Origin: Chthoniobacteraceae bacterium
GTDB lineage: Bacteria; Verrucomicrobiota; Verrucomicrobiia; Chthoniobacterales; Chthoniobacteraceae
NCBI GenBank assembly: GCA_031409655.1
Contig: JANNXQ010000167.1
Span: 1-15,689 of the forward strand
DNA length: 15,689 bases
Direction of reading: 5' to 3'
Within the stretch, counting starts at the first letter, position 1, and every line of letters starts with the position of its first letter. The notes under the pieces are model-generated. The model was not told the origin of the DNA and did no database searches. It saw only the letters and a program-made list of their open reading frames with translations. This document shows, one piece after another, positions 6,275 through 15,541 of the stretch. Made by a program: the position numbers and the translations under genes.

Positions 6275-7363
6275 ATGAGCGCTCCTTCCGATTCGCCAGT
6301 CCCCCGCGGACGCGGCGCGGCGATCAATCCGCCGAATCGCTTTACCGCGACGCACACGGAGCCCGACTTTGAGCAGGTCGAATATGACGAGGATTTCCTC
6401 GAAGCCGTCGCGCATCCGAAGACCGAGTATCTGCGCGACGCGGCGCAATCCATCGTCACCTCCAACGACAGCCCGGATATTCCGTTCCGTTTCAGCATCA
6501 ATCCGTATCGCGGTTGCGCCCACGGTTGCGGCTACTGCTACGCGCGGCCCACGCACGAGTATCTCGGGCTGAGCGGCGGGCTGGATTTTGAAACGAAGAT
6601 CTTCGTGAAGGAGGACGCCCCCGCGCTGCTGCGCGATTTCCTGGCGCGTCCGCAGTGGACGCCGGAGCCCATCGTGATGTCGGGCGTCACCGATCCCTAT
6701 CAGCCAGCGGAGCGTGAATATCGGATCACGCGCGGATGTCTGGAGGTGATGCTGGAAGCGCGGCAGCCCGTGGGGCTCATCACGAAAAATGCGTTGATCG
6801 TCCGCGACCTCGATCTGCTGCGCGAGCTGGCGGCTTTGCGGCTCGTGCATGCGGCCGTGTCGATCACCACGCTCGACGCTGGCCTCGCCCGCGAACTCGA
6901 ACCGCGTACCAGTTCGCCGCAAGGGAGGCTCCGCGCCGTCCGCGCGCTCGCGGACGCTGGAGTACCGGTCCGCGTGATGACCGCGCCGATCATCCCCGGA
7001 CTGAACGACAGCGAGGTCCCCGCGCTCCTCGCCGCCGCCGCCGCCGCAGGCGCCACCACCGCGGGTTACACCATGCTCCGCCTGCCCTGGTCGGTGCGCC
7101 CCGTTTTCCTCGACTGGCTGAGTCGCGTGCGCCCGCTGGCTCGGGAGAAAGTGGAGCACCTCATCCGCGACGTGCGCGGCGGTGAACTCAACTCCACCGC
7201 CTGGCGCGAGCGGATGCGCGGCACTGGCGTCCTCGCGGATCAGATCGCGCAACTCTTCCGCGTTTGCCGCCGCCGGAGCGGGCTCGATGGCGCGATGCCC
7301 GACTACGATCTTACGCTCTTCCGCCGTCCGCAGCCGGCGCGCGGGCAGATGCGACTCTTGTAG
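6275..7363 (+). CDS. PA0069-family radical SAM protein (spore photoproduct lyase-like superfamily)
   Basis: Start moved to ATG 6275 (MSAPSDSPVPRGRGAAINPPNRF). Motifs SINPYRGCAHGCGYCYARPTHEYLG (CxxxCxxC), GLDFETKI, SGVTDPYQP, LEPRT and the C-terminal GQMRLL-type tail. Confidence 0.9.
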   Translation: MSAPSDSPVPRGRGAAINPPNRFTATHTEPDFEQVEYDEDFLEAVAHPKTEYLRDAAQSIVTSNDSPDIPFRFSINPYRGCAHGCGYCYARPTHEYLGLSGGLDFETKIFVKEDAPALLRDFLARPQWTPEPIVMSGVTDPYQPAEREYRITRGCLEVMLEARQPVGLITKNALIVRDLDLLRELAALRLVHAAVSITTLDAGLARELEPRTSSPQGRLRAVRALADAGVPVRVMTAPIIPGLNDSEVPALLAAAAAAGATTAGYTMLRLPWSVRPVFLDWLSRVRPLAREKVEHLIRDVRGGELNSTAWRERMRGTGVLADQIAQLFRVCRRRSGLDGAMPDYDLTLFRRPQPARGQMRLL

Positions 7364-7438
7364 CCAGAAGTTTTCGCGCGGAGTGTAATTCCACGGCGCT
7401 TCCTTTTTCGTGCAGCGTGGCTACGCTGCCCTTCCGCC

Positions 7439-10423
7439 TTGAGCACATCCACCTCAGTCTCCACGTCGAAAAGAGGAGCCGCGCCAGCCGCCGATGCTCC
7501 TCGTGGGAGTCGTCCGTTCCGTCGTTTTCGGCTGCTGGTCTTGCTGCCGATCGTCGCCGGCATCGCGCTCTTTGAGCCACATACGTACCGCTTTCTCCTC
7601 GGCCAGGCGCTGCGGCTGGAGACGTGGCGGCGGGGCGGAAAGATCCAGATCCAGAGGATCGAAGGGAACATCCTCCAGCCGGTGACTTTGGTCGGCCTGC
7701 ACTGGCAAAGCGCGAATCACGATGGCGCCATCACTCGGATCGAGGTGAAGGAGACGACGGCGGAGTTTGCCTGGCGCAGTCTTCTGAAACGCGGCTCGGC
7801 GCGCTGGCTCGAGCGGCTCACTTTTGACGGGGTGACGGGTAAGATGACGGTCCCGCTGGTGGCGCAACCGGACGCTGGTGGCTGGCAATTCCAGCGCCTG
7901 TTTCCGCAGACGCCGCTCGGTCCCGCACCGGGACGGATCGAGGCGCGGGAGGTGGATTTTGTGCTCGAGACGAATGGCGACTACGTGCGCCTGCAGCATG
8001 GCCGGATCACCCTCAGCGAAACGGAGCCGGGCGTCTTTGCCGCCGGCCAACTGGTGATCAAGCAGCCGTGGCTCCATCGCACTTTCCGCGATCTGCACGG
8101 CACCACCAAGATCGGCGGAGTGGAGGTGGAAATCGCGGATGTCGAACTCGAGCCGGGAGTCCGAGTGGAGCGCGTCGCGGCGAAAATCGACGACCTCGCG
8201 CGGGGCAATTTGAACGCGGTCGGTCAGCTCGCCGCCTTCGATGGCACGGTGCGTTTCGAAGCCCAGGCGCTCTCCGGGGCCCGCCCCCTCGCCGCGGAGA
8301 TCACGGTGCCGCTGGTCCAGGTGAATGTGGCCAAGCTCGCCGCTTTCCTCGCGCTGCCAAATGCCGCCGGCGGCACGATCAAGGAGGGGAAATTCACTTT
8401 CCGCGGCTCGCCGCATCGGCTCTCCTCCGCCACCGCTTCGCTGCGGATCAATGCCACCCATTTTCAATGGGACGCCCGCCAGTGGGACTCACTGGTCCTC
8501 GGGGCGACGCTGATGAATTCGCGGATCGAAGTGCCGCAGCTCTCGCTCTTGCAAGGGCGCAACCGGCTCGATCTCAACGGCGAATTCGCGCTCCCGGAAT
8601 CCGGGCAGCAGTGGTGGCAGTCCACTTTCGATGCGCGCATCAAGGCGAAGATCGACAACCTCACGGATCTCTCCGCGCTCATCCTGCCGGAATTTCGCTA
8701 CGCCGCGGGGCAGGTGACGATTGACGGTTCGGTGCGCGGGCGGGCTGAAAAATTTGACGGCCAGCTCATCGTCACGGGCGCACAGCTCCGTTGGCGGAGC
8801 GCGCCGATCGAGGAACTGCACGCCGCGCTCCAGCTCAATGGCAACGAGCTGCACGTCTCGAATCTCTCGGTTTTCAACGCGGGCGATTTTGTCCGCGGCC
8901 ACGGCGTGGTGAACATCCTCGGGCCCACCCAATACTGGGGCGAACTCCACGCGGCGGTGCAGGATCTCGCCAAGTATGCCGCGATCCTCCAGCCGCCGAT
9001 CATGCCCGAGCCGATGGCCGGTGGCGCGACGCTCGAGTGGAATGGCGAGGGCTCCGCGAAGGGGCACACGGGTTCCTTCCTCGCGCGGCTGAACAAGCTG
9101 CGTTCCCTCGGCGCGAGCGCGGCCCTGCTTCACCCGATCAATGCGAACCTCGAGGGCACCTACTCCCCAGGACGAATGCTCTTCAGTCAGTTCGCGCTCT
9201 CCGACGACGAGTCGTCCTTCTCCGCGAATGTGGCGGTCGGCGACAAGGCGCTGAGCCTGCGCGCGATCAAGCTTCGGCATAAACAGAACCTCTGGCTGAA
9301 AGGCGACGCCGTGCTGCCCTTCGACCTCTGGCGGGCGTGGCCAAATACTTCGCTGGCCGGCCTGCTCGATGACACGACACCTGTCTCCGTCCAGCTCACC
9401 GCCTACAATCTCGGCCTCCGCGAAGCCTCCGCGCTGACAGGTTGGAATTTTCCGATCGATGGCGTGGTCGCCGGCAAGTTCAGCGCCGAGGGCAAACTCG
9501 GCGCGCTGAAAACCACCGGCAACCTGACGCTCACGGCCGGTCGCATCCCGCTCGGCTGGGGTGGCACGGCGCTCTCGGCGGTGGAAGGTGCGGTCACTTT
9601 CCAGGAGCAGAGCATGACGCTGGAAAAGCTCACTGGACGGCATCCGGCGGGCGACTTCCAGGCGTCGGGCATGATCAGCTTTGCCGACGTGCGCGATCCC
9701 GTGCTCAAGCTCACGCTGGCGGCGGATCGACTGAACTTCCGCCTCTTTGCCGGGGCGGAACTCGCCCTCGCGCTGCGTTGCGCGATCGGAGGTCCGACGA
9801 GTGCGGCGGTGGTGCAGGGCACGGCGCAACCGCTGGCGCTCTCCGTCGGCGAGGTGCCGGATCTCGGTTCTTTGTGGAATGACGCGAGCTTGCTGCCACC
9901 GCTGCATCCGCCGATCACTGCGCCGTTGCCAGGATGGAAGCTCGACCTCATCTGCGCGACTGCGGACCCGCTCGCGTTGCAAAAAAATCCCGGGCGCGTG
10001 GTCCTCACGGGTCACATCGGCGGCAGCGTCAATTCGCCTGATTGGATCGGCGACGTTTCTTTCTTCGAGACCACCGCGACCGTCGGTCGCCTTCCGCTGC
10101 TGGTTCCGGAAGCGACGCTCCAGTTTCGGCCGGGGCAGTTGCGGAATCCGACCCTCGCGCTCACCGCCGACGGCGCGGTCTATGGCGAACCTTTCACCGC
10201 GCACTTCCACGGGCCGCTCTCGCTGCTCGTGCGCGACACGGTTTGCGCGCCGCCGCTCGATGACGCCGCGATCCGCGACTTTCTCAAGGGGGCCGGAGCG
10301 GCCCATGCGGACGGCGCGCGCTTCTCGCTCCAGGTGCCGCCGATTCTCACGGGCGGCGCCGAGGTTTTCAATTGGCCGGCCATCGTGGATGAAGCGCCCG
10401 CTCCCGGCGGAGCTCTCCAGTGA
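7439..10423 (+). CDS. AsmA/TamB-like large periplasmic beta-taco protein with N-terminal membrane anchor
   Basis: 994 aa from a TTG start. Basic stretch then hydrophobic segment (RRFRLLVLLPIVAGIALF), followed by long Gly-rich amphipathic beta-strand repeats (e.g. GNLTLTAGRI, GDFQASGMI, NPTLALTA). Family assignment is by overall pattern only. Confidence 0.65.
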   Translation: MSTSTSVSTSKRGAAPAADAPRGSRPFRRFRLLVLLPIVAGIALFEPHTYRFLLGQALRLETWRRGGKIQIQRIEGNILQPVTLVGLHWQSANHDGAITRIEVKETTAEFAWRSLLKRGSARWLERLTFDGVTGKMTVPLVAQPDAGGWQFQRLFPQTPLGPAPGRIEAREVDFVLETNGDYVRLQHGRITLSETEPGVFAAGQLVIKQPWLHRTFRDLHGTTKIGGVEVEIADVELEPGVRVERVAAKIDDLARGNLNAVGQLAAFDGTVRFEAQALSGARPLAAEITVPLVQVNVAKLAAFLALPNAAGGTIKEGKFTFRGSPHRLSSATASLRINATHFQWDARQWDSLVLGATLMNSRIEVPQLSLLQGRNRLDLNGEFALPESGQQWWQSTFDARIKAKIDNLTDLSALILPEFRYAAGQVTIDGSVRGRAEKFDGQLIVTGAQLRWRSAPIEELHAALQLNGNELHVSNLSVFNAGDFVRGHGVVNILGPTQYWGELHAAVQDLAKYAAILQPPIMPEPMAGGATLEWNGEGSAKGHTGSFLARLNKLRSLGASAALLHPINANLEGTYSPGRMLFSQFALSDDESSFSANVAVGDKALSLRAIKLRHKQNLWLKGDAVLPFDLWRAWPNTSLAGLLDDTTPVSVQLTAYNLGLREASALTGWNFPIDGVVAGKFSAEGKLGALKTTGNLTLTAGRIPLGWGGTALSAVEGAVTFQEQSMTLEKLTGRHPAGDFQASGMISFADVRDPVLKLTLAADRLNFRLFAGAELALALRCAIGGPTSAAVVQGTAQPLALSVGEVPDLGSLWNDASLLPPLHPPITAPLPGWKLDLICATADPLALQKNPGRVVLTGHIGGSVNSPDWIGDVSFFETTATVGRLPLLVPEATLQFRPGQLRNPTLALTADGAVYGEPFTAHFHGPLSLLVRDTVCAPPLDDAAIRDFLKGAGAAHADGARFSLQVPPILTGGAEVFNWPAIVDEAPAPGGALQ

Positions 10424-11574
10424 GCGAGCGGAGCGGCCCTCGCCGGGCGATCACCGGCCTCTATATCGGGCGCTGGTTCGGGATCGAATTTTACCTGCAC
10501 TACAGTTGGTTCCTGCTCGCGACGCTCGTCACCTACGAGTTGGCGACGGGATTTTTTCCGCTGGAAATCGGCGGGTTCGATCGGCGCGTCTATTTCGAAA
10601 TGGGTGCGGTCGCGGCGGCGCTTTTTTTCCTGAGCATCCTGCTCCATGAACTCGGGCACAGCATCGTGAGCCAGCGTTGCGGCATCCCGGTGCCGCGGAT
10701 CACGCTGCTCTTCATCGGTGGCGTCGCGGAGATTTCGCGCGAGCCGGACGACGCGAAGAGTGAGTTGAAGATCGCGCTCGGTGGCCCGGCGGTGAGTCTC
10801 ATTCTGGTCGTCGTCTTCGGTCTGCTCGCCCGGCTCTGCGAGGCCCGCGGCTGGCTCGGTGCCCATGTCGTGGCGGACTGGCTTTCGAAGACCAATCTCG
10901 CGCTGGTCATCTTCAACATGTTCCCTGGCTACCCGCTGGATGGCGGTCGCGTCCTGCGGGCGCTGCTCTGGGCGCGCACGAAGCGGCTGCGCTGGGCGAC
11001 CTTCGTGACCTCGCGGATTGGGATCGGGTTCAGTTGGGGGCTGCTCACGCTCGGGCTCTATCTGCTGATCATCGAGAAACAGTGGAACGCCTTCGTCCTC
11101 GTGATCATCGCGATCTTCCTGAAAGGCGCCGCCGAAAGTGGCTACAATGCGGCCGTCCAGCGCGAGGTGCTCGCCGGGGTGCGGGTGCGCGACTTCATGA
11201 CCGCGAATCCCGCGACGCTTCCCGATACGCTTCCGCTGAACCTCGCGGTGGACGACTACTTCCTCGCGCACCATCACAAGGCGTATCCGGTGTGTTCGTC
11301 CGACGGAGAATTTCGCGGCCTGCTGCGCGTGGATCGACTGAAGAGTGTGCCGCGCGAAAAGTGGCCCTACACGACGACTGGCGATGCCGTCGCGGAGGCC
11401 GGGACGGATTCCCTTTCCATCGAAGCCAGCGCGTCCGCCGCCCGCGCCATGCGACTCCTACTCGCCGCCGGCACCAGTCGGCTGGCGGTGGTGGAAGACG
11501 GCAAGGTCATCGGCATGGTCACGCGGCGGGACATCGCGGGATTCATCGACATCCACACGGAGCTGGAAGCCTAG
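10420..11574 (+). CDS. Site-2 protease (peptidase M50) with C-terminal CBS pair
   Basis: HELGH zinc motif, LLFIGGVA, IALGGPAVS and NMFPGYPLDGGRVL; several TM segments; CBS motifs VRDFMT and LAVVEDGKVIGMVTRRDI. GTGA overlap with the upstream gene. Confidence 0.92.
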   Translation: MSERSGPRRAITGLYIGRWFGIEFYLHYSWFLLATLVTYELATGFFPLEIGGFDRRVYFEMGAVAAALFFLSILLHELGHSIVSQRCGIPVPRITLLFIGGVAEISREPDDAKSELKIALGGPAVSLILVVVFGLLARLCEARGWLGAHVVADWLSKTNLALVIFNMFPGYPLDGGRVLRALLWARTKRLRWATFVTSRIGIGFSWGLLTLGLYLLIIEKQWNAFVLVIIAIFLKGAAESGYNAAVQREVLAGVRVRDFMTANPATLPDTLPLNLAVDDYFLAHHHKAYPVCSSDGEFRGLLRVDRLKSVPREKWPYTTTGDAVAEAGTDSLSIEASASAARAMRLLLAAGTSRLAVVEDGKVIGMVTRRDIAGFIDIHTELEA

Positions 11575-11581
11575 GGCAGCG

Positions 11582-12205
11582 TCACCGCGTAAACTCGAGC
11601 ACCCCGAAGCGCTGCGGGACATGGAACTGGCGCAGGCCGGTGGGCGACCACGCGGTGAGTTCGCGCTCCCGGTTTTCGGGGCGGTCGATGCGGCAGAAAT
11701 TGACCCGCCACTTCGTGCCCGCGCGCGGCGCTTCGGCGATGAGGCTGGCGAAGGGGATCGAGAACTCGGCGGTCCAGCCGTCCGCCGTCCGCCGGACCAC
11801 GGTGCGCAGACCTTCGCAATCCCACGCAAAGTCTTTCGCATAACCGCTCCGGTTTTTCCGACACGCGAGATCGACCACCGTCCCGAGTGGATTCACCTCG
11901 ATCTCAAAGTAACTCTCCGCATCGCCGACCGGGTCGAGAAACACCTCCACGACCTCCTCCTCCCAGAGCGGCCCATCGCGCTCGGTGATCGTCGCCCAGG
12001 GATTGGGATCGCAGGCCTGAAGCAGGACGCGGAGTTCTTGCCCGTCCCATGCCAGCCGCGCCGCAGTGGCCTGCTCGGGTGCCGCGCCCGTGGCGACGTC
12101 GCAGAAAAGCACGGGCGAAATCCCGCTCCAGAAGTCATCCTCCGCGTCCGCCGTGAGGTCGCGCAGTCTCGCTGGCGCGCAAAGCAGCGTTGGGAGCGGC
12201 TTCAA
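11582..12205 (-). CDS. Carbohydrate-binding family 9-like (CBM9/DOMON-like) protein
   Basis: Motifs ARLAWD, RDGPLWEEEVVEVFLDP, YFEIEVNPLGTVVD, WTAEFSIPF, WRVNFCRID, AWSPT and FHVPQRFG. TTG start is uncertain; no signal peptide seen. Confidence 0.82.
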   Translation of the reverse strand: MKPLPTLLCAPARLRDLTADAEDDFWSGISPVLFCDVATGAAPEQATAARLAWDGQELRVLLQACDPNPWATITERDGPLWEEEVVEVFLDPVGDAESYFEIEVNPLGTVVDLACRKNRSGYAKDFAWDCEGLRTVVRRTADGWTAEFSIPFASLIAEAPRAGTKWRVNFCRIDRPENRERELTAWSPTGLRQFHVPQRFGVLEFTR

Positions 12206-12225
12206 ATCCGAAAGCCAGCGGCGCC

Positions 12226-12741
12226 TTACAGCGGCGACTTCATCGCCAGGACCTGCGACAAAGCGAAGCCAAAGGCGAGCAGCGCGACGACGGAAAACGC
12301 AATGATCGCCATGCCGACCGGATTCGACTTCTTCTTCCGCGATTGGAAGGGCGAGGCATTGGCAAAGTTCGACGGGCGGGCGCTCGAGGCCGCGGGGCGT
12401 GCCGTCACCACTTCCTCCGCCGGCAGCGGTTGGGCGGCGGCGGCGTTCTCGGAGACATAGACGGTCTCGACGTGGCCAAAGCGGATCAGGTCACCGTCCT
12501 GCAGCGGACGTTCGGTATCCGGCGCGAGATCCTCGCCATTCACTCGGGTGCCATTCGTGGAGCCGATGTCCACGAGCACGTAATCGTGGCCGCGGAGCGT
12601 CAGCACCGCGTGGCGGCTCGAGACGGAGGCGTCTTCGATTTGCAGCATGTTCTCCTCGACGCGCCCGACTGTGATTTCGTTTTCGCCGAGTTCGTGGGTC
12701 GTCTCGGGGCCGTCGGGGAGGGATACCTGAAGCTTGGGCAT
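12226..12741 (-). CDS. FHA-domain protein with C-terminal transmembrane anchor
   Basis: Start ATG 12741 (MPKLQVSLPDG). FHA signature residues in VGR, VSSRHA, DIGSTNGTRVNG and LQDGDLIRFG; Ala/Pro/Ser linker; RKKK followed by a hydrophobic helix. Confidence 0.88.
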   Translation of the reverse strand: MPKLQVSLPDGPETTHELGENEITVGRVEENMLQIEDASVSSRHAVLTLRGHDYVLVDIGSTNGTRVNGEDLAPDTERPLQDGDLIRFGHVETVYVSENAAAAQPLPAEEVVTARPAASSARPSNFANASPFQSRKKKSNPVGMAIIAFSVVALLAFGFALSQVLAMKSPL

Positions 12742-12763
12742 GGTCGGGGGAAATTGGCAGAGG

Positions 12764-13933
12764 CTAGCGCGCTTCGTCAATGAGCTTGGCAAAGCCCTCG
12801 AAGAAATGCGTCGCGTCGTTCGGGCCCGGTGCGGCTTCGGGATGATACTGCACGCTGAAGATCGGCAGCGACTTGTGCGCGAGACCCTCGACGGTCTGAT
12901 CGTTGAGATTGAGATGCGTGACCTCCACGTCGGACGGGAGCGAATCCGGATCGACCGCGAAGCCGTGATTTTGCGAAGTAATCTCGACCTTGCCGGAGCG
13001 CAGATCCTTCACTGGCTGATTTCCCCCACGGTGTCCGAACTTCAGCTTGAAGGTCTTTCCGCCGAACGCGTAGCCGAGCATCTGGTGCCCGAGGCAGATG
13101 CCGAAGATGGGGGTGCGGCCCATGAGCCCGCGGATATTTTCGTGGACGTAGGTGAGGGCTCCGGGATCGCCGGGCCCGTTTGAGAGGAAGACCCCGTCCG
13201 GCTTCAGTGCGAGCACGTCCGCGGCGCTGGTGTCTGCGGGGACGACCTGAACCTGGAAGCCCTGCTGCCGGAGCCGCCGGAGAATGTTCAGCTTCATCCC
13301 GAAATCGTACGCGACGATCCGGTACCGTACCGCCGGCAGCTTCTCGAACATCTCACCGTTTTCCAGCGTCGCGACCTGCGCTCCGTCGCCCTTCACGATC
13401 GTCCATTTTCGCGAGAGTTTATCCTCTGGATCCCAGGCGAAAGCCGCGGCCGGCGTGACCTCGCGGACGAAATCCGAACCGGCCATCGGCGGTGCCGCCT
13501 GGGCACGGGCCACGGCCTCCTCCGGCGTGATGGGATCGCTGGTCAGGCAGCCCTGCATGGCGCCGCGCGAGCGAAGGTGCTTCGTCAGCGCGCGGGTGTC
13601 GATCCCCTGGATGCCGGGGATCTGCCACTTTTTCAAATACCCATCGAGATCGCCATGCGAGCGCCAGTTGCTCGCGATCGCGCTCAATTCCTCAATGACA
13701 AACCCGCGCACGTGGACCGCGCTGCTTTCGTCATCGAGCGCATTCACGCCGTAGTTCCCGATCTGCGGGCAGGTCATGGCGACGATCTGGCCGCGATAGG
13801 AGGGATCCGTGAGCACCTCCTGATAGCCGGTCATCGAAGTATTGAAGCAGACCTCGCCGACCGAAGAAGTCGGCGCGCCAAAGGCTTCGCCGGTAAAGGT
13901 TCGTCCGTCTTCGAGTGCTAAAATGGCGCGCAT
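12764..13933 (-). CDS. carA: Carbamoyl-phosphate synthase small subunit
   Basis: MRAILALEDG, GEVCFNTSMTGYQEVLTDPSYRGQI, GIDTRALT, FLSNGPGDP, FGICLGHQ, FGHRGGNQPV, TSQNHGFAVD, SVQYHPEAAPGP. Confidence 0.97.
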   Translation of the reverse strand: MRAILALEDGRTFTGEAFGAPTSSVGEVCFNTSMTGYQEVLTDPSYRGQIVAMTCPQIGNYGVNALDDESSAVHVRGFVIEELSAIASNWRSHGDLDGYLKKWQIPGIQGIDTRALTKHLRSRGAMQGCLTSDPITPEEAVARAQAAPPMAGSDFVREVTPAAAFAWDPEDKLSRKWTIVKGDGAQVATLENGEMFEKLPAVRYRIVAYDFGMKLNILRRLRQQGFQVQVVPADTSAADVLALKPDGVFLSNGPGDPGALTYVHENIRGLMGRTPIFGICLGHQMLGYAFGGKTFKLKFGHRGGNQPVKDLRSGKVEITSQNHGFAVDPDSLPSDVEVTHLNLNDQTVEGLAHKSLPIFSVQYHPEAAPGPNDATHFFEGFAKLIDEAR

Positions 13934-13944
13934 GGTGGGCGGGG

Positions 13945-13973
13945 AAGATGCGCGATTCCGCCGCGCGGTCGAA
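13945..13973 (-). promoter_or_regulatory. Possible sigma70-type promoter of carA with a very short leader
   Basis: Minus strand TTCGAC (13973-13968), 17 bp, CATCTT (13950-13945), 11 nt before ATG 13933. Weak motif match only. Confidence 0.3.
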
Positions 13974-14003
13974 AGCAAAATCAGCGCTGCTGCGCGGCAA
14001 AGG

Positions 14004-14921
14004 CTAACGACGCGGTGGGAAGCGCAGCTCGCGGGTGCCGCAGAGGCGCTTGCTGAGGTCGATGGGGTCGCCGAGGTCCACCTCGGTGGGATCGACCTGA
14101 TAGTTCCAGACCGCGAACCACGTCAGATCCGCGGCCCCGTAGAGCGTGGAGAAGGCACCATCGACGGCGTCGAGGCCGCTGGAGATGCGGATGCGGCCGA
14201 TGCGCGAGACATTAAAACGCGCGTCAAAATTCAGCCAGTGGCCGCCGATGTAAGCCTGGAAGTAGGCGTGAAAATCCATGGGTACCCCGGAATCCAGGCA
14301 GCCAACATCGGGGACGTGGCCGGTGACGTAGCGGGCGGGGAGATTGAAGGTGCGGCAGAGGGCGATGGCGAGGTGGGCGAAGTCGCGGCAGACGCCGTAG
14401 CCTTGGGCGATGACGTCGCTGGCGGCAGTGGTGGGGCTGCCGGAGCCCCAGCGGTATTCGATGTTCCGATGGACCCAAGTGCAGATGGCCTGGACCCGCT
14501 GGAGTCCGTGCGGCACCTGGCCAAATTTTTCAAAGGCGAAGTCGCGGAGCTTGTCCGAATCGCAGTAGCGGCTGGGAAGGGTGTAGCGGAGCAGGGGAAA
14601 AGGCAGCTCGGCGATGGGGGTCGGCGCGTCGAGGGCACCGGTATTTTCCGGCACGGACGGGACGGCGATGAAGGCGTCGTGGCGGACGCGCATTTCGCCC
14701 GCGGGCAGGACGAAGCGTTGCACGAGATTGCCGTGCGTGTCTTCGCGTTCCTCCATGGGCACCTGCGGCTGGAAGGTGAGGAGTTCCTTGGCGATGTGCT
14801 GGTTGGCATCGAGCCGCGGCCGGATGAGGAGCGTGATGGGCGTGGGCTGCGCGGCCTGATAGACGAACTCGAGTCCGACGCGGATGGTGAGATCGAGGTG
14901 GAGCGGTTCGGCGGCGATCAT
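14004..14921 (-). CDS. Transglutaminase-like family protein
   Basis: Start ATG 14921 overlaps the upstream stop (ATGA). Motifs YTLPSRYCDSD, GYGVCRDFAHLAIALCR (catalytic Cys), PARYVTG, MDFHAYF (His), W..FDA (Asp) and GLDAVDGA. Confidence 0.9.
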   Translation of the reverse strand: MIAAEPLHLDLTIRVGLEFVYQAAQPTPITLLIRPRLDANQHIAKELLTFQPQVPMEEREDTHGNLVQRFVLPAGEMRVRHDAFIAVPSVPENTGALDAPTPIAELPFPLLRYTLPSRYCDSDKLRDFAFEKFGQVPHGLQRVQAICTWVHRNIEYRWGSGSPTTAASDVIAQGYGVCRDFAHLAIALCRTFNLPARYVTGHVPDVGCLDSGVPMDFHAYFQAYIGGHWLNFDARFNVSRIGRIRISSGLDAVDGAFSTLYGAADLTWFAVWNYQVDPTEVDLGDPIDLSKRLCGTRELRFPPRR

Positions 14922-15541
14922 GAGTGGAGTTGGGCGAAGAAGTCCTCGAAGAGGGGCGTGTAGAGCGAATCGCGTTCGGGGTGATATTGGACGCCCACGC
15001 CCCACGGATAATCCGCGAGACGCACCTGCTCGATGATGCCATCGCCGGCGTGCCAGGCTTCCACGATGAGAGCGTCGGCGACGCGATCGAGCGCCTGGTG
15101 GTGCGAGCTGTTCACCAGGGCAAAGCGGTGCCGCGCGCTAGCGTCGAAGCGCAGGGGCTGGACGTTTGCGCTCTTCATCTCGGGCGCGTCGTGGCCGGGA
15201 ATATCGAGGTGGAGCGAGCCGCCGAGCGCGAGGTTCAGCACTTGCACGCCTTTGCAGATGCAGAAGACGGGCCGGCGGCGCTGAAGGGCGTGGCGGAGGG
15301 CCTCAAATTCCCAGGCGTCGCGATTCGGCTGGGCGTCGCGGATCTGGAGGAGATCGGTGGGCGGGTCGGGGTGAAATTCGGCGGCCACATCGGGGCCGCC
15401 GGTGAGCAGGAGGCCATCGATGGCGTCGGGATCGACGGCGTCACGGCGGGCATTGATGACGTGGAGATCGGGGTGCGGAGCGAAGAAGCGCGCAAAGTGC
15501 GGCTCATCACTTTCACGGATCCAACTCGCGAGGCGCGGCAT
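14918..15541 (-). CDS. Gamma-glutamyl-gamma-aminobutyrate hydrolase family (peptidase C26, class I glutamine amidotransferase fold)
   Basis: DGLLLTGGPDV, RDAWE, FCICKGVQVLNLALGGSL (nucleophile Cys), VNSSHHQA, DGIIE and GVQYHPE (His-Pro-Glu). Confidence 0.88.
   Translation of the reverse strand: MPRLASWIRESDEPHFARFFAPHPDLHVINARRDAVDPDAIDGLLLTGGPDVAAEFHPDPPTDLLQIRDAQPNRDAWEFEALRHALQRRRPVFCICKGVQVLNLALGGSLHLDIPGHDAPEMKSANVQPLRFDASARHRFALVNSSHHQALDRVADALIVEAWHAGDGIIEQVRLADYPWGVGVQYHPERDSLYTPLFEDFFAQLHS

Noticed and set aside
6016..6501. N-terminal extensions of ORFs 5113..6501 and 6122..7363 through the REP doublet
   Set aside because: They overlap each other and the opposite gene; family-like sequence begins only at 6015 and 6275.
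7031..7048. (GCC)5-GCA run encoding poly-Ala in the radical SAM gene
   Set aside because: Short, in frame, and in a normally Ala-rich helix; expected in high-GC DNA.
6275..7363. Radical SAM next to a cyclase as a hopanoid-tailoring enzyme (HpnH/HpnP/HpnJ)
   Set aside because: Motifs match the widespread PA0069/SPL-like family, there is no B12-binding domain, and it is transcribed divergently.
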